A stretch of 64,000 bases of DNA from an uncultured Acidobacteriota bacterium (GCA_963741955.1 CAVUKB010000007.1:448001-512000); one strand, 5' to 3'; numbered from the stretch's first letter, positions 1-10,266 are shown. Notes: generated by a model from the sequence alone, not told the origin. Numbers and translations are program-made.

Positions 1-1133
1 ATCGGCTGGCGGAGTTGCCATCTCCCCAGCTGCAGGGTGACGTCGAGCCGTTCCGCGGGGAGTGCGGGAAGGGTCTGGGCTCCGGTGTGCGCCTCGACTC
101 GCCTCACTTCCCCTCGATCGGAAGCGCGACGGATCACGAACCGGGCATCTTCGGGAATCGAACCGTCGGGGACCAGGATCGAGACCCGGGCGGAGGGGAG
201 AGCCCGGCCGGTTGTGCGAAGCGTCGTCACCCGGCCGGGACGGAGTCGCAGCTCGCGGTCGGGGATGAACATCGAATCCGATGCGACGTGCATCGTCGCG
301 ATGCCGGGGGTGACGCCGTACCAGATCGCGATGGTGCGCTCGAATCCGTCGATGAGGACATCCGGCTCGCGCGAGCCGTCGTTCTCTCTCAGGCGCATGG
401 TCACTCCGCCGGCGCTGGAGCGGCGTGCGGCGGGAGGTTTTTCGACCACCACGAGAACGTCCGCGGTGTCGTGCGGCGGGTCGGGCCAGACGCGGGCCGT
501 GGCTCCCTCGCCGAGATCGATCGGCCGCGAGATCGCGAGCGCGTCCCCCCGGGAATCGAACCGGCCGACGACGATTCTTCCCGCGGGCATCCTCGCCGGA
601 TCGTGAATGTGCTCCGCGGCAATCCGTCGTTCGAAGATCCTCCCGCGGCCGCCTATCCGGTGGTTGCCGTCGACACTCACGAGGCGGATGCTCTCGCCTG
701 CGGCGGGAGTGTGCTCCGGCGGAATGGAGACCTGACCCGCACGGACCAGGATGTCGAAGACGGCCGTTCCGCGCCCCTCGAACGGAACGTCGGTGAAGAA
801 CAGGACCGAAGGCATCGCACTGATCCGTCCGTTCCCCTCGAGCCAGTACGTGTAGTTTCCCTCAGCCGGCCGGAACCATCGTCCGCAGGGAGCGGTGGTC
901 TCGCGATCCGATGCGCCGCGGGGGACGAGGTGGACGCGGCAGCCCTCGGCCGGGAGGAGCGCCGCGTCTCCGAGCGTTTCCACCGGGCCGCGGGTGGGCC
1001 AGAAGAGGATCGCCCGCCGGCCGTCGATCTGCCCGGTGGACGGATCGGGCGGGCGGATCGCTCCCGCGGCGAGCGGCGCGGCGACGAGGAGCGTCGCGAG
1101 GAGCGTCAGAAGATGCTTTGTGTCGTGCAGCAT
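1..1133 (-). CDS. Secreted hypothetical protein, 3' end outside the window
   Basis: Open minus-strand frame from ATG 1133 to the window edge (not in the ORF track because no stop is reached): MLHDTKHLLTLLATLLVAAPLAAGAIRPPDP..., with a signal-peptide-like N-terminus. Confidence 0.7.
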   Translation of the reverse strand, partial: MLHDTKHLLTLLATLLVAAPLAAGAIRPPDPSTGQIDGRRAILFWPTRGPVETLGDAALLPAEGCRVHLVPRGASDRETTAPCGRWFRPAEGNYTYWLEGNGRISAMPSVLFFTDVPFEGRGTAVFDILVRAGQVSIPPEHTPAAGESIRLVSVDGNHRIGGRGRIFERRIAAEHIHDPARMPAGRIVVGRFDSRGDALAISRPIDLGEGATARVWPDPPHDTADVLVVVEKPPAARRSSAGGVTMRLRENDGSREPDVLIDGFERTIAIWYGVTPGIATMHVASDSMFIPDRELRLRPGRVTTLRTTGRALPSARVSILVPDGSIPEDARFVIRRASDRGEVRRVEAHTGAQTLPALPAERLDVTLQLGRWQLRQP

Positions 1134-1243
1134 TCGACGTTGTCCATGCTTCCGCATCCGTCAATCAACTGAACGCACGCCCTCTCGGGTTCGGAGGGAA
1201 TATTCGGCGTACAGTAGCCCTCGTACCACCCGATCACGAAGAG

Positions 1244-2639
1244 CGTATCGCGCCAAACTAAATCTGACCGAAGGGAGAATCGTCGCGCCAAAAAGAATCT
1301 GACCGGGGCATCCTCTGCGGGGGAGGGTGCGATGAAGGCGAAAGATCGACACGAACAGGCACGGCGACTCTCGGAACGATACCGGAAGGCAGGGCGGAAG
1401 GAGAAAGCGATGATCCTCGACGCGTTCTGCATGGCAGCGGGGCTGAACCGCAAGTATGCGATCTCATTGCTCCGCAACCGCCTGAGAAGAACGGCCGGAG
1501 GCGGGGACGACCTGGACGGAAGAAGAAGTATTCGGCCGCGGTGATCGACGTGCTCGAGGGCATCTGGGAAGCGGCCGATTATCCATGGTCGGTGAGGCTC
1601 AAATCGATGCTCCGGTTGTGGCTGCCGTACGTGAAGAATCTATCCTCAGAGGTCGAGCAGGCCGTGCTCGAGATCAGCCCACGATCGATCGACCGCTACC
1701 TGCGGGAGCGGCGGACGGCGGATCGGCGGAAGCTCTACGGTCGAACCAAGCCCGGCACGCTTCTCAAGCATCACATCCCGATCCGCACCGATCGGTGGGA
1801 TGTCCGGGATCCCGGCTGGTGTGAGATCGATCTGGTGTCGCACTCCGGGCCGTGTGCCGATGGCGAGTTCGCCCACTCACTGAACTTCACCGACATCCAC
1901 TCGACTGGACGAGACCCGGGCGGTTCTGAGTAAAGCCCAGACCGGTATCGTCGCGGCGATCGACTGCATCCGGGTTGCGCTGCCCTTCCGTCTTCTCGGA
2001 ATAGACTCTGACAACGGCAGTGAGTTCATCAACGGTCATCTCTATCGGTACTGCCTCCGCACAAGGTTCAGTTCACCCGGGGACGGCCGTACAAGAAAGA
2101 CGACAACGCGCACATCGAGCAGAAGAACTGGACCCACGTGCGACGGCTCGTAGGCTGGGAGCGGATCGATACCCGTGCGGCCGTGGACGCGTTGAACGAT
2201 CTCTATGCGAAGGAGTGGCGGCTGATGATGAACCTGTTTCAGCCCTCGGTGAAGCTCATCCGGAAGGAACGAATCGGCTCTCGTACACGGCGCGTCTACG
2301 ATGCGCCCCGCACGCCCCTCGATCGCCTCCTCGCCGACAATCCGCGTTCTCCCGAGCTCGCCCGTCTCGCTGCGCTCCGTGCGGCGCTCAACCCCTTCGA
2401 ACTATCCGACATCATCGAACGAAAGCTCGCCCGCGTTCACCACCTCAACGGAAAAAGCTCGACGCGAGCACGCTCTCTGAACCGTCGCACCCTCTCCTCG
2501 ACCTCCCCCTCGAGGGGGAGGACGCCACCACCCCGAGGTCCACCGATGCCAGCGTCTAAGAAGCCAAACCAACGACCCCCTTCGGTCAGATCCAATCTGA
2601 GCGACGATCCCCCCTAAAGTCAGATTTTATTGACGGACA
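1244..2639 (+). mobile_element. Degraded insertion sequence with an rve/DDE (ISNCY-like) transposase
   Basis: Imperfect terminal inverted repeats, each with two ATCTGAC boxes (left 1244-1305; right 2578-2639 ending ...GACGGACA); encloses a transposase remnant; the left end recurs at 25570. Confidence 0.8.
1332..2617 (+). pseudogene. DDE-type integrase/transposase, multiply frameshifted
   Basis: Pieces in different frames: KKEKAMILDAFC-like HTH start, TKPGTLLKHHIPIRT, WCEIDLVSHSG, GIDSDNGSEF, RPYKKDDNAHIEQKNWTHVRR; frameshifts near 1480, 1905 and 2060. Confidence 0.85.
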
Positions 2640-2970
2640 GGTACAGTGCGTGTTGCACACCATCCCGTCCTGGGTGAAGGGTCGGCAACTGCCGCTCAAT
2701 GGATTTGAAGTCGCCATCCCCAGGAGCACCGCCATTCCAATCCACCTCTGAACCGATCCCATTAGATTCTCGTTCGCTGTCGTTGTCCATCGACGTGCTC
2801 TCCGATTGACACGCAAAACCACCTCGTTGAGTGACCGGAGAGCGGTTTAAAGGTCTCTATCATTAGAGTACCGCGAGAAGGGCCTTTCGGTACCCCCTGG
2901 CCGGAAAAAGGTGGCTCCAGCGAGGCGAGGGCGAGGAAGTCGCGTCGAAGGACGACGGGCTCGAGTGTCT

Positions 2971-3229
2971 ATAGAAGTTCGGGGTCATAGAAGTTCGGGG
3001 TCACACCTAAAAAAAGAATAAATTCGGCCGACGAGGCGACGTGTTTCTCGGCCAGGAAGATCGGTGGCTTCGGGCCAGGAAGATCGGGGCCAGGCCTTCG
3101 ATTCTCGCTTACAGGTGTAAGCGACTCGATGGTCTGTAGCTAGCGACACGGTGACTTTGACTCTGAACGGAGAAAGCGGTGTGAGCGCGTCGCTTCTCGG
3201 ATAATTCGTAAGATGCTCGATCGAATGCG
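2971..3229 (+). repeat. Composite intergenic repeat, copy 1 (GGGGTCAnACCTAAAAAAGAAnAATTCGGC + GAAGATCGGGGCCAGGCCTTCGATTCTCG + ~120-bp tail)
   Basis: Modules recur at 4120-4144, 7631-7658, 7938-8092 and 9683-9869, all in the same orientation. Confidence 0.85.
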
Positions 3230-3280
3230 GCGTAGTCATTGCTCCGGGGGTGCCGGCACATGCATCCCGTGGATTCCAGG

Positions 3281-3294
3281 ACACCGATCGGTGT
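3281..3294. promoter_or_regulatory. Palindromic operator candidate upstream of hicA
   Basis: Perfect palindrome ACACCGATCGGTGT just before the hicA start; HicB-HTH autoregulation is typical of this family. Confidence 0.5.
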
Positions 3295-3305
3295 ACGCTA
3301 TGCAG

Positions 3306-3485
3306 GTGAAGCGCCGGGAGCTGGAGCGGGAACTGTCGGAATGTGGCTGGGGGCTCCTTCGCAGCGGCGGACGACACGACCTGTGGACCGATGGAGAACG
3401 GGAAGAGGCGGTTCCCCGCCACCGGGAGATCAACGAGAGGCTGGCTCGCGCGATTCTGCGCCGCGCCTGTGGAAAGAAGACATGA
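3306..3485 (+). CDS. hicA: HicA family mRNA interferase toxin
   Basis: (M)KRRELERELSECGWGLLRSGGRHDLW...AVPRHREINERLARAIL; G-x-H and PRH motifs; alternative start ATG 3300. Confidence 0.85.
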   Translation: MKRRELERELSECGWGLLRSGGRHDLWTDGEREEAVPRHREINERLARAILRRACGKKT

Positions 3486-3898
3486 GATTCGAAGGAAGAC
3501 TCATCCGTGACGGAAAGTGGTGGCTCGCGGAGATCCCACTGCTCGACGCCATGACGCAGGGACGGAGCCGGAAAGAGGCTCTTCTGATGATCGGCGACTG
3601 GATCGAGACCATGGTCGATCGGAAGGGGTTCCGCGCGAACGTCTTTCCGCGGGGAAAGATGGAGTTCGAGGTTGCGGGAAGTGACACGGCTGCGATGACG
3701 GCCCTTCTGCTGCGCCGCCGGCGCGAAGCGAGCGGCCAGTCCCTTCGCGACATCGCGTCGCGCCTCGGCGCCTCATCGAGGAACGCGTACGCGCGCTACG
3801 AGCGCGGCGACGCGGTTCCGACCATCGAGAAACTCGACGCTTTGCTGAAGGCCACCTCACCGAACGGCGACTTCGTGATCCGGGAATCGGGGAGCTGA
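3482..3898 (+). CDS. hicB: HicB family antitoxin with C-terminal XRE HTH
   Basis: KWWLAEIPLLDAMTQGRSRKEAL HicB domain; SLRDIASRLG...YARYERG HTH; ATGA overlap with hicA. Confidence 0.85.
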   Translation: MRFEGRLIRDGKWWLAEIPLLDAMTQGRSRKEALLMIGDWIETMVDRKGFRANVFPRGKMEFEVAGSDTAAMTALLLRRRREASGQSLRDIASRLGASSRNAYARYERGDAVPTIEKLDALLKATSPNGDFVIRESGS

Positions 3899-4620
3899 TC
3901 CGGAGACGTCTCCGAAGGGCGTTCGATCGGGTCGTGCCGTTCGAGCTTCGATCGAGTTTCCCGTGGATTTCCAGAGGCAGAGGAAGTGCGCAGCGGACGC
4001 TCTGTCTCTGGACGGAACGGACGATCCGCGGGGGACGAACAAGGGCTGTGATCAACGCCAGGATGGGTTTCAGCAAATCCGTGACACACGGCCCGAGGAA
4101 GAGGGCCAGCCGCCCGGGAAAGAGGGCCAGGCCTTCGCTTCTCGGTCGATGCCCATAACATCCTGCGCGGAGACGGCTTCTCCGCGAATGGCAATCGTGC
4201 CATTCCTCGAGGGAGGCCGCTGAGACCCGGGTGAAGCTGATCGCCGGTGGAGTCCGGCGCGTGCGCCGCGTCGATCCCTGGGGGCGAAGTTCCGTGCGCA
4301 CGGCAAGTCCGGAGGTTTCGGTTCCTCGTAGAATTCAGATTCGGCGGCGGAGTTCGGCGGCGAAGCTCGGTGGCGGGATCGGTTCGTCGGGTCCATGGCG
4401 ACACGATCGACAGGATCCATGCGTCCGAGAAGCGGAGAAGGTTCCCTGGCCCCCCATGCCCGATCGCAGGACTTGCGTACCCGGAAACACGCGCAGCCGT
4501 TCGCGCACTTCGCGCTCCGCGTGAGCAGCCGTGACATGGAACGGAGTCGCACCGGCGGACTCCCGCCGGGGACTGAACCGGAACGGCTGAGTAGGGTAAC
4601 ATCGACGGATCGAGAACCAC

Positions 4621-7605
4621 ATGGCCCTCCCTTTCGAAGTGAATTCCGGATCGCGTCGGATGCGCCGCCACGGGCGCGCTGCCACGCGCGCTCGCGTCGC
4701 CAGGTTCGCAGTCGCTCTGCTCTTCGTCGTTCTCCCCTCGGCGGTTCTTTCGCAGACGACCAACCGTCACGACCCTGCCCAGGCCCTCACGCAGTACAAG
4801 ATCGACCTCTGGCAGACAGAGCAGGGGCTCCCGCTCAACACGGTTCAGTCGCTGTTGCAGACGAGCGACGGCTACCTCTGGGTCGGCACCGGCGGCGGGC
4901 TCGCGCGATTCGACGGCGTCCGCTTCACCACCTTCGAAACGGCGCAGGTTCCGGAGCTCTCGACGCAGGGCATCTTCGGCCTGATGGAAGACGCGCAGCG
5001 GAACCTCTGGATCGGCGTTTCGGGCGCGGCGTTCATCCGCCGCAACGGCCGCTTCGAGCGCGCCTTCGGCCGCGAGGTGACGAACGGCCGGCGCGTCTGG
5101 TCGTTCGCGCAGGCGAAGGACGGCGCGATCTGGGCGGCGACCGAGAATGGCCTCATCCGGTGGAAGAGCGGCGTCGCGAGACTCTACGGAAGGCGGGACG
5201 GCCTTCCCACGCTGCGCCTGCGATCGATCGCGATCGATCGCGACGGAACGATCTGGCTCGCGACCGCGGACGAGGGGCTCGTGTCGTTCGACGGCGCGCG
5301 TTTCACGTCCCTGAACCCCACGAACGGGTTTCCGAATCGCGCCGTGCGCGCGGTCCTTGCCGATCCCGAGGGAGGGGTCTGGGCCGCGACGGCAGGCTCC
5401 GGTCTCGCCCGCGTGCAGCGGGGTCAGGTCTCTGTGTGGGGAGTGGACGACGGGCTTCCCACGGATCAGTTGACGTCGCTCTCACGCGACGCCAACGGCT
5501 CCCTCTGGATCGGCACGTGGGGCGCGGGACTCTGTCGGTTCCGCGACGGGAAGTTCTCGTCGATCTCCACTCCTAACGGCCTCGCCGGCAGCCAGCTGTG
5601 GTGCGTCTATGCCGACCACGAGGGAAACATCTGGGTCGGGACCTGGGTCGGTGGTCTCAACCGGCTTCGGGATCGTGAGTTCCTCGTCCTCGGCACGCCC
5701 GAGGGTCTCTCGCACGACAACGTCCGTGCGGTCATCCACGCGCGCGACGGTGCCGCGTGGGTGACGACCGGCGGCGGCGGCGTGAACAGAATCACCAGTG
5801 CCGGCATCACGGTCATCCGGCAGTCCGACGGGCTCCCGAGCGACGAGGCCTCGACGATCATGGAGGACCGCGACGGCGCGATCTGGGTCGGCACCTACAC
5901 AGCCGGTCTGGCGCGACTGAAGGACGGCCGCATCGAAACGTTCGGGCTCGATGAGGGAGTTCCCAACGTCGACGTCCGCGAGATCTATCAGGACCGTTCC
6001 GGAACGATCTGGGCGGGCACGATGTCGGGACTCGCGACGTTCAACGGGAAGGGGTTCACCGCGGTCCGCGCCCCGGGCGCGCCTCCCGAAGGAGCGTCGG
6101 TCATTCTCGAGGACCGTTCCGGGACGCTCTGGTTCGGTACGAACGACGGCCTGGCGCGGTATCGCGACGGCAGGTTCGAGACGCTGAGGCGCGCCGACGG
6201 CCTTCTCTCGAACTGGATCATGTCGCTGTACGAGGATGCGGACGGCGCACTCTGGATCGGCACGAACGGCGAAGGCCTGAATCGTCTGAAGAACGGCCGT
6301 CTCTGTTCGGTCCGCGCCGCGGATGGTCTGTGGGATCCCCTGGTCCAGGTCATCCTCGAGGACCACTTCGGTAATTTCTGGATCACGTGCAACCGCGGCT
6401 TCTACCGCGTGAGACGAAAGGACCTCGACGCGTTCTGCGACGGGCAGATCACGAAAGTCACCTCCGTCGGCTACGGTCCGGGAGACGCGCTTCGCAGCAC
6501 GACGTTTGCCGGCGGGCTTCAGCCGGCCGGCGCAATCGATTCCGAGGGGCATCTCTGGCTCCCGTCGTTCAGCGGACTCGTTCTCGTCGACCCCGCCGAT
6601 CTCCCCGGCTCGGGAGAACCGCCCTCGGTGATTCTGGAACAGGTGCTCGTCAACGGCGTCGAACGTCCCCTCGACGGCCCGATCGTTCTTCCGCCCGGTT
6701 CCGCGCCGTTGTCGATCACCTACACCAGCACGACGCTTCGCGTCGCGGACCGCGTCCGCTTCCGCTACAGGATGGAAGGGAGTGGAGTCGGATGGGTCGA
6801 CGCGGGGCGCAACCGCGAAGCGTTCTTTCCGACTCTCCCGCACGGCCGTTATCTGTTTCGCGTCGCCGCATCCATCGACGGCGTCCACTGGCGCGAGATC
6901 GCGACGCCGCTGAACGTCACCGTCAAGCCGCACGTCTACGAAACGCCGTGGTTCCTCGCGCTCGCGATTCTCGCGCTCGTCGGACTCGTGGTCGGCGTGA
7001 TGAAGTGGCGGACGCGCAGTCTCCGGCGGCAGAAGGCCGAGATGGAGCGGCTGGTCCAGGAGAAGACCGAGGAGCTGCGGCGCGTGAACGAGCACCTTTC
7101 GGAGTTGTCGTTCGTCGATCCGCTCACCGGGCTCGCGAACCGCAGGCGCTTCGACGAGGCGCTGGAGCAGGAATGGCAGCGCGCGCGCAGATTCGGAACT
7201 CCGGTGTCGGTCGTCGTCGCGGACGTCGATCTGTTCAAGCCTTTCAACGACACGCTCGGCCATCCCGAGGGGGACAAATGTCTCGCCGCGGTGGGAGACG
7301 TGCTGCTGCACACGAGCAGGCGCGCCGGTGATCTGGTGGCACGTTACGGCGGCGAGGAGTTCATCGTGCTCGTGCCGGGAGTCGACAAGGAATCGGTGGT
7401 GACGTTCGCGGAGGCGCTTCGCGCTGCATGCGAGGCGCGCGCGATTCCGCATCCTGCATCCGATGTCGCGCCGATCGTCACCATCAGCCTCGGCGTCGCG
7501 ACGAAAGTTCCTGCCGACGGGGTTACCGCGCGCGGGCTCGTCGCCGAGGCCGACGCGGCGCTGTACCGCGCGAAGCGCGAGGGGCGGAACCGGGTGTGTA
7601 GTTAG
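4621..7605 (+). CDS. Diguanylate cyclase with Reg_prop beta-propeller and Y_Y_Y sensor domains
   Basis: Many D-x-x-G-x-(L/I)-W-(V/I)-G-T repeats, FRYRMEG/GRYLFRV Y_Y_Y region, a TM helix, DPLTGLANRR, and an RAGD I-site before GGEEF; start may be ATG 4660. Confidence 0.93.
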   Translation: MALPFEVNSGSRRMRRHGRAATRARVARFAVALLFVVLPSAVLSQTTNRHDPAQALTQYKIDLWQTEQGLPLNTVQSLLQTSDGYLWVGTGGGLARFDGVRFTTFETAQVPELSTQGIFGLMEDAQRNLWIGVSGAAFIRRNGRFERAFGREVTNGRRVWSFAQAKDGAIWAATENGLIRWKSGVARLYGRRDGLPTLRLRSIAIDRDGTIWLATADEGLVSFDGARFTSLNPTNGFPNRAVRAVLADPEGGVWAATAGSGLARVQRGQVSVWGVDDGLPTDQLTSLSRDANGSLWIGTWGAGLCRFRDGKFSSISTPNGLAGSQLWCVYADHEGNIWVGTWVGGLNRLRDREFLVLGTPEGLSHDNVRAVIHARDGAAWVTTGGGGVNRITSAGITVIRQSDGLPSDEASTIMEDRDGAIWVGTYTAGLARLKDGRIETFGLDEGVPNVDVREIYQDRSGTIWAGTMSGLATFNGKGFTAVRAPGAPPEGASVILEDRSGTLWFGTNDGLARYRDGRFETLRRADGLLSNWIMSLYEDADGALWIGTNGEGLNRLKNGRLCSVRAADGLWDPLVQVILEDHFGNFWITCNRGFYRVRRKDLDAFCDGQITKVTSVGYGPGDALRSTTFAGGLQPAGAIDSEGHLWLPSFSGLVLVDPADLPGSGEPPSVILEQVLVNGVERPLDGPIVLPPGSAPLSITYTSTTLRVADRVRFRYRMEGSGVGWVDAGRNREAFFPTLPHGRYLFRVAASIDGVHWREIATPLNVTVKPHVYETPWFLALAILALVGLVVGVMKWRTRSLRRQKAEMERLVQEKTEELRRVNEHLSELSFVDPLTGLANRRRFDEALEQEWQRARRFGTPVSVVVADVDLFKPFNDTLGHPEGDKCLAAVGDVLLHTSRRAGDLVARYGGEEFIVLVPGVDKESVVTFAEALRAACEARAIPHPASDVAPIVTISLGVATKVPADGVTARGLVAEADAALYRAKREGRNRVCS

Positions 7606-7937
7606 GGTGTTCAGCGCGGGTAGAGCCTCGGGCCAGACCTAAAAAAGAAAAATTCGGCACGACAGTTGGAGGGGGCGCCGGACCGGACGAGTCCGTGAGC
7701 GATTCGACGTCTGCCGAGCGTTGCGCTCCGATCGAAACGGCACCATTCCCGTCACAAAACGCTCCGCTCCGGCCCGAAATGCGCGAATCAGAGCGATGGG
7801 CGTCAGACCCGTGGAGTATTCGTAACGCCTCGCCGTACCCCGTCCCGACTCCGAAGGCCACGGCAGAGACGGGGGGTCGTTACGAGAGAAGCTCGGCGGG
7901 AAGGACGGCGAGTCCGGGGTTGGCGATCGCCTTCGGG

Positions 7938-8092
7938 AGAAGTTCGGGGTCAAACCTAAAAAAGAAAAATTCGGCCGACGAGGCGACGTGTTTCTTGGAA
8001 CAAGATCGGGGCCAGGCCTTCGATTCTCGGTTGTAGGCCGGAACAAGATCGGGGTCAGGTCTTCGATTCTCGCTTGTACGTGTAAGCGACTC
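7938..8092 (+). repeat. Composite intergenic repeat, copy with two GATCGGGGYCAGGYCTTCGATTCTCG units
   Basis: Near identity to 2990-3127. Confidence 0.85.
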
Positions 8093-8658
8093 CACATCCG
8101 CCTCCGTGCCTTCGCACGAGCAGCAAACGAGGCGGAGAAGTCAAAGTCGCGACAGACAGTTGGAGGAGAGAGCCGAGAGGCGAAGCCCTGACCCCAAAGT
8201 TCCCTGCTCCCGCGACCTGGACCGGGGCCGAACTTTCAAGCACCCCCGCCCTCGATCACGCGACGCACGTCCAGCTCGCACTACTCGCACTACTCGCCCG
8301 AATCATCCGTGCTCCCAAAGTTTGGTAACTCATTCCCACGAAGCAACGCCCCTTCCCTCTCGCGCCGCGCCCAGTGCCGCAGGCACCTCAACCCGCGCGA
8401 AAACCCCTCTGACGTCAGGGCTGCCGGCAGATGGTCGAATTCCTTCGGTCGACGCCTTCGGCGCGGGTCCGAAGGACCGGTAGAGTATTTATCGAGTGTC
8501 GCTCTTCTACGCATTCAACGCGTGACGAACCTCTCAGAAACGCGTATACTCGGCCTTGCATGACGACGGAGGCATTGCGCCTCCACCAACCCGTTCACGA
8601 CGGGTGGTTTCTTCCGCAGCATGCGGCATGCGCCTTCACCTGACTGGAGGAAACAGTG

Positions 8659-9255
8659 ATGAACGAAGATTCGACCCTCGTCTCTCCCACCCCTTCCGAG
8701 CTCTCTGACCATTCCGTCCCCGACCCCTCCTCCGTCCCCTACTATCTCGGGGAGTACATCCGCGAGTGCCGCGAGCGGAAAGGGATCCGGTTCGGAGACA
8801 TCGCGCGGGCGATCGGTGTCCCCGCCACGGGCCGCGGCTGCCGCAACCTCGTCTCACTGGAGCGGCAACAGCTGAACAGGAAGCTCCTCGAGCGCGTCGC
8901 ACCGGTGATCGATCTCGATCTCGAACACGCCGCGAAGTTGATTCAGCGGTACAACGAGGAGACGAGAGCGGCCCGCGAGCGATGGCTCGACGCCGTCGTC
9001 CCCTGGACGCTTCACATCAAAGTCATGCCCGGCTTCTGGGTCGCTCGACCGATCGAGCCGGGAACGACCCTCGACGCAGCGAAGCGCGTAGCCGCCGCCG
9101 AGAGCCTTCGGATTCCGGGCAGTGTCGTGGTGCTCGAGATCTCGCGCCGGCTGAAGCTCGTCGTCCACAAAGGCGAGCATGTGAACACGCTGACCACCGG
9201 AGAGACGCCGCATATGAAGGTCGGTGGCACCTCGTTCGTGGTTCGGACGGAGTGA
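8659..9255 (+). CDS. XRE-type HTH domain protein with an uncharacterised C-terminal domain
   Basis: GGAGG RBS; LGEYIRECRERKGIRFGDIARAIG...LVSLER HTH pattern. Confidence 0.7.
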   Translation: MNEDSTLVSPTPSELSDHSVPDPSSVPYYLGEYIRECRERKGIRFGDIARAIGVPATGRGCRNLVSLERQQLNRKLLERVAPVIDLDLEHAAKLIQRYNEETRAARERWLDAVVPWTLHIKVMPGFWVARPIEPGTTLDAAKRVAAAESLRIPGSVVVLEISRRLKLVVHKGEHVNTLTTGETPHMKVGGTSFVVRTE

Positions 9256-9305
9256 CCGTACGTCTCCGCGCTTCCATCGATCGCAAATGGACGAAAGGAG
9301 ATCCG

Positions 9306-9608
9306 ATGACCGAACCCGTCGACGAGTTCGTACTTCTCTCGAGTTGTCATTGCTGCCGGACGTCATGGCGCAGCTTCAGCAGCTTTCTCGCAGAATTCGA
9401 AACATACGTTCCTCCTCCATACGACCGGCTGACGGAGCCGCTCAATTTCATCTGGCAGATCCCGATCGAGGTGGACGACCCTGAGCTCGAGATCTCCGAG
9501 GTGACGGACGTCATCGTTCTGGCAGTGGAACAGCGTCTCGCGGACTTCACGGAAGAGAACAACGTCCTTTCGCTCGCGGGCGTGATCCGTTCGGGAGCGG
9601 ACCACTGA
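9306..9608 (+). CDS. Small acidic hypothetical protein
   Basis: AAAGGAG RBS before ATG 9306; MTEPVDEFVLLSSCHCCRTSW... Confidence 0.55.
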   Translation: MTEPVDEFVLLSSCHCCRTSWRSFSSFLAEFETYVPPPYDRLTEPLNFIWQIPIEVDDPELEISEVTDVIVLAVEQRLADFTEENNVLSLAGVIRSGADH

Positions 9609-9682
9609 GAGGACCGCTCGTGTGGAAAGACGTCAAACTGCGCCCGGACCAGATTTGAATGATCGAAACATCCCGCACAGCG

Positions 9683-9869
9683 GGAAGATCGGGGCCAGGC
9701 CTTCGATTCTCCGTCCGGAAGATCGGGGCCAGGCCTTCGATTCTCGGTTGCAGGTCTAAGCGACTCTATGGTCAGTCGTTAGCGACACGGTGACTTTGAC
9801 TCTGAACGGAGAGAGCGGGGTGAGGCGCGTCGCTTCTCGGTTGATTCGTCAGATGCTCGATCGAATGCG
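9683..9869 (+). repeat. Composite intergenic repeat, copy with two B units plus the ~120-bp tail
   Basis: Aligns with 3078-3229 (GCGACACGGTGACTTTGACTCTGAACGGAGA...GATGCTCGATCGAATGCG). Confidence 0.85.
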
Positions 9870-10266
9870 AAGTAGTGGGCAGGTGTTCATGGAGATCGGA
9901 ACGGATTCGGCCTCCGTCGCGTGGCGAAACCTGGACCGGGCGTTCGTCGAGACCCGTCGAGCGGCCCGGCGGTCACGCCGCGTGCAGAACATTCGAACAT
10001 TCTGCTGCGCGCTGGCTTCGGCATCGCGGGCACGCCTCGCGGCCGCCTCGATTTTCGAGAAGGGCAGCAGGAGATCGCTTGCGGTCCGCGAACCCCCGGG
10101 TTCCGGCGCGGAGCGCCTCCACCCGGGGCAACTGTCTGTCGTGCCTACGGCACTTCGGGTGATGCGAGTGAAAGCGGGTGGCGCTTCGCGGGAGGGACAT
10201 CCGAAGTTCTGGAGCACGGATGGTCCCGAGCGACGATCCCTAAGCGAGCGGGCGAGGATGAATCGG

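Larger units (their letters stand above)
1106..2762 (-). pseudogene. Small Cys-rich secreted peptide gene split by the IS (5' part 2640-2762, 3' part 1106-1243)
   Basis: 5' fragment MGSVQRWIGMAVLLGMATSNPLSGSCRPFTQDGMVCNTHCT and 3' fragment LFVIGWYEGYCTPNIPSEPERACVQLIDGCGSMDNVECCTTQSIF* join in frame if 1244-2639 is removed. Confidence 0.5.
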
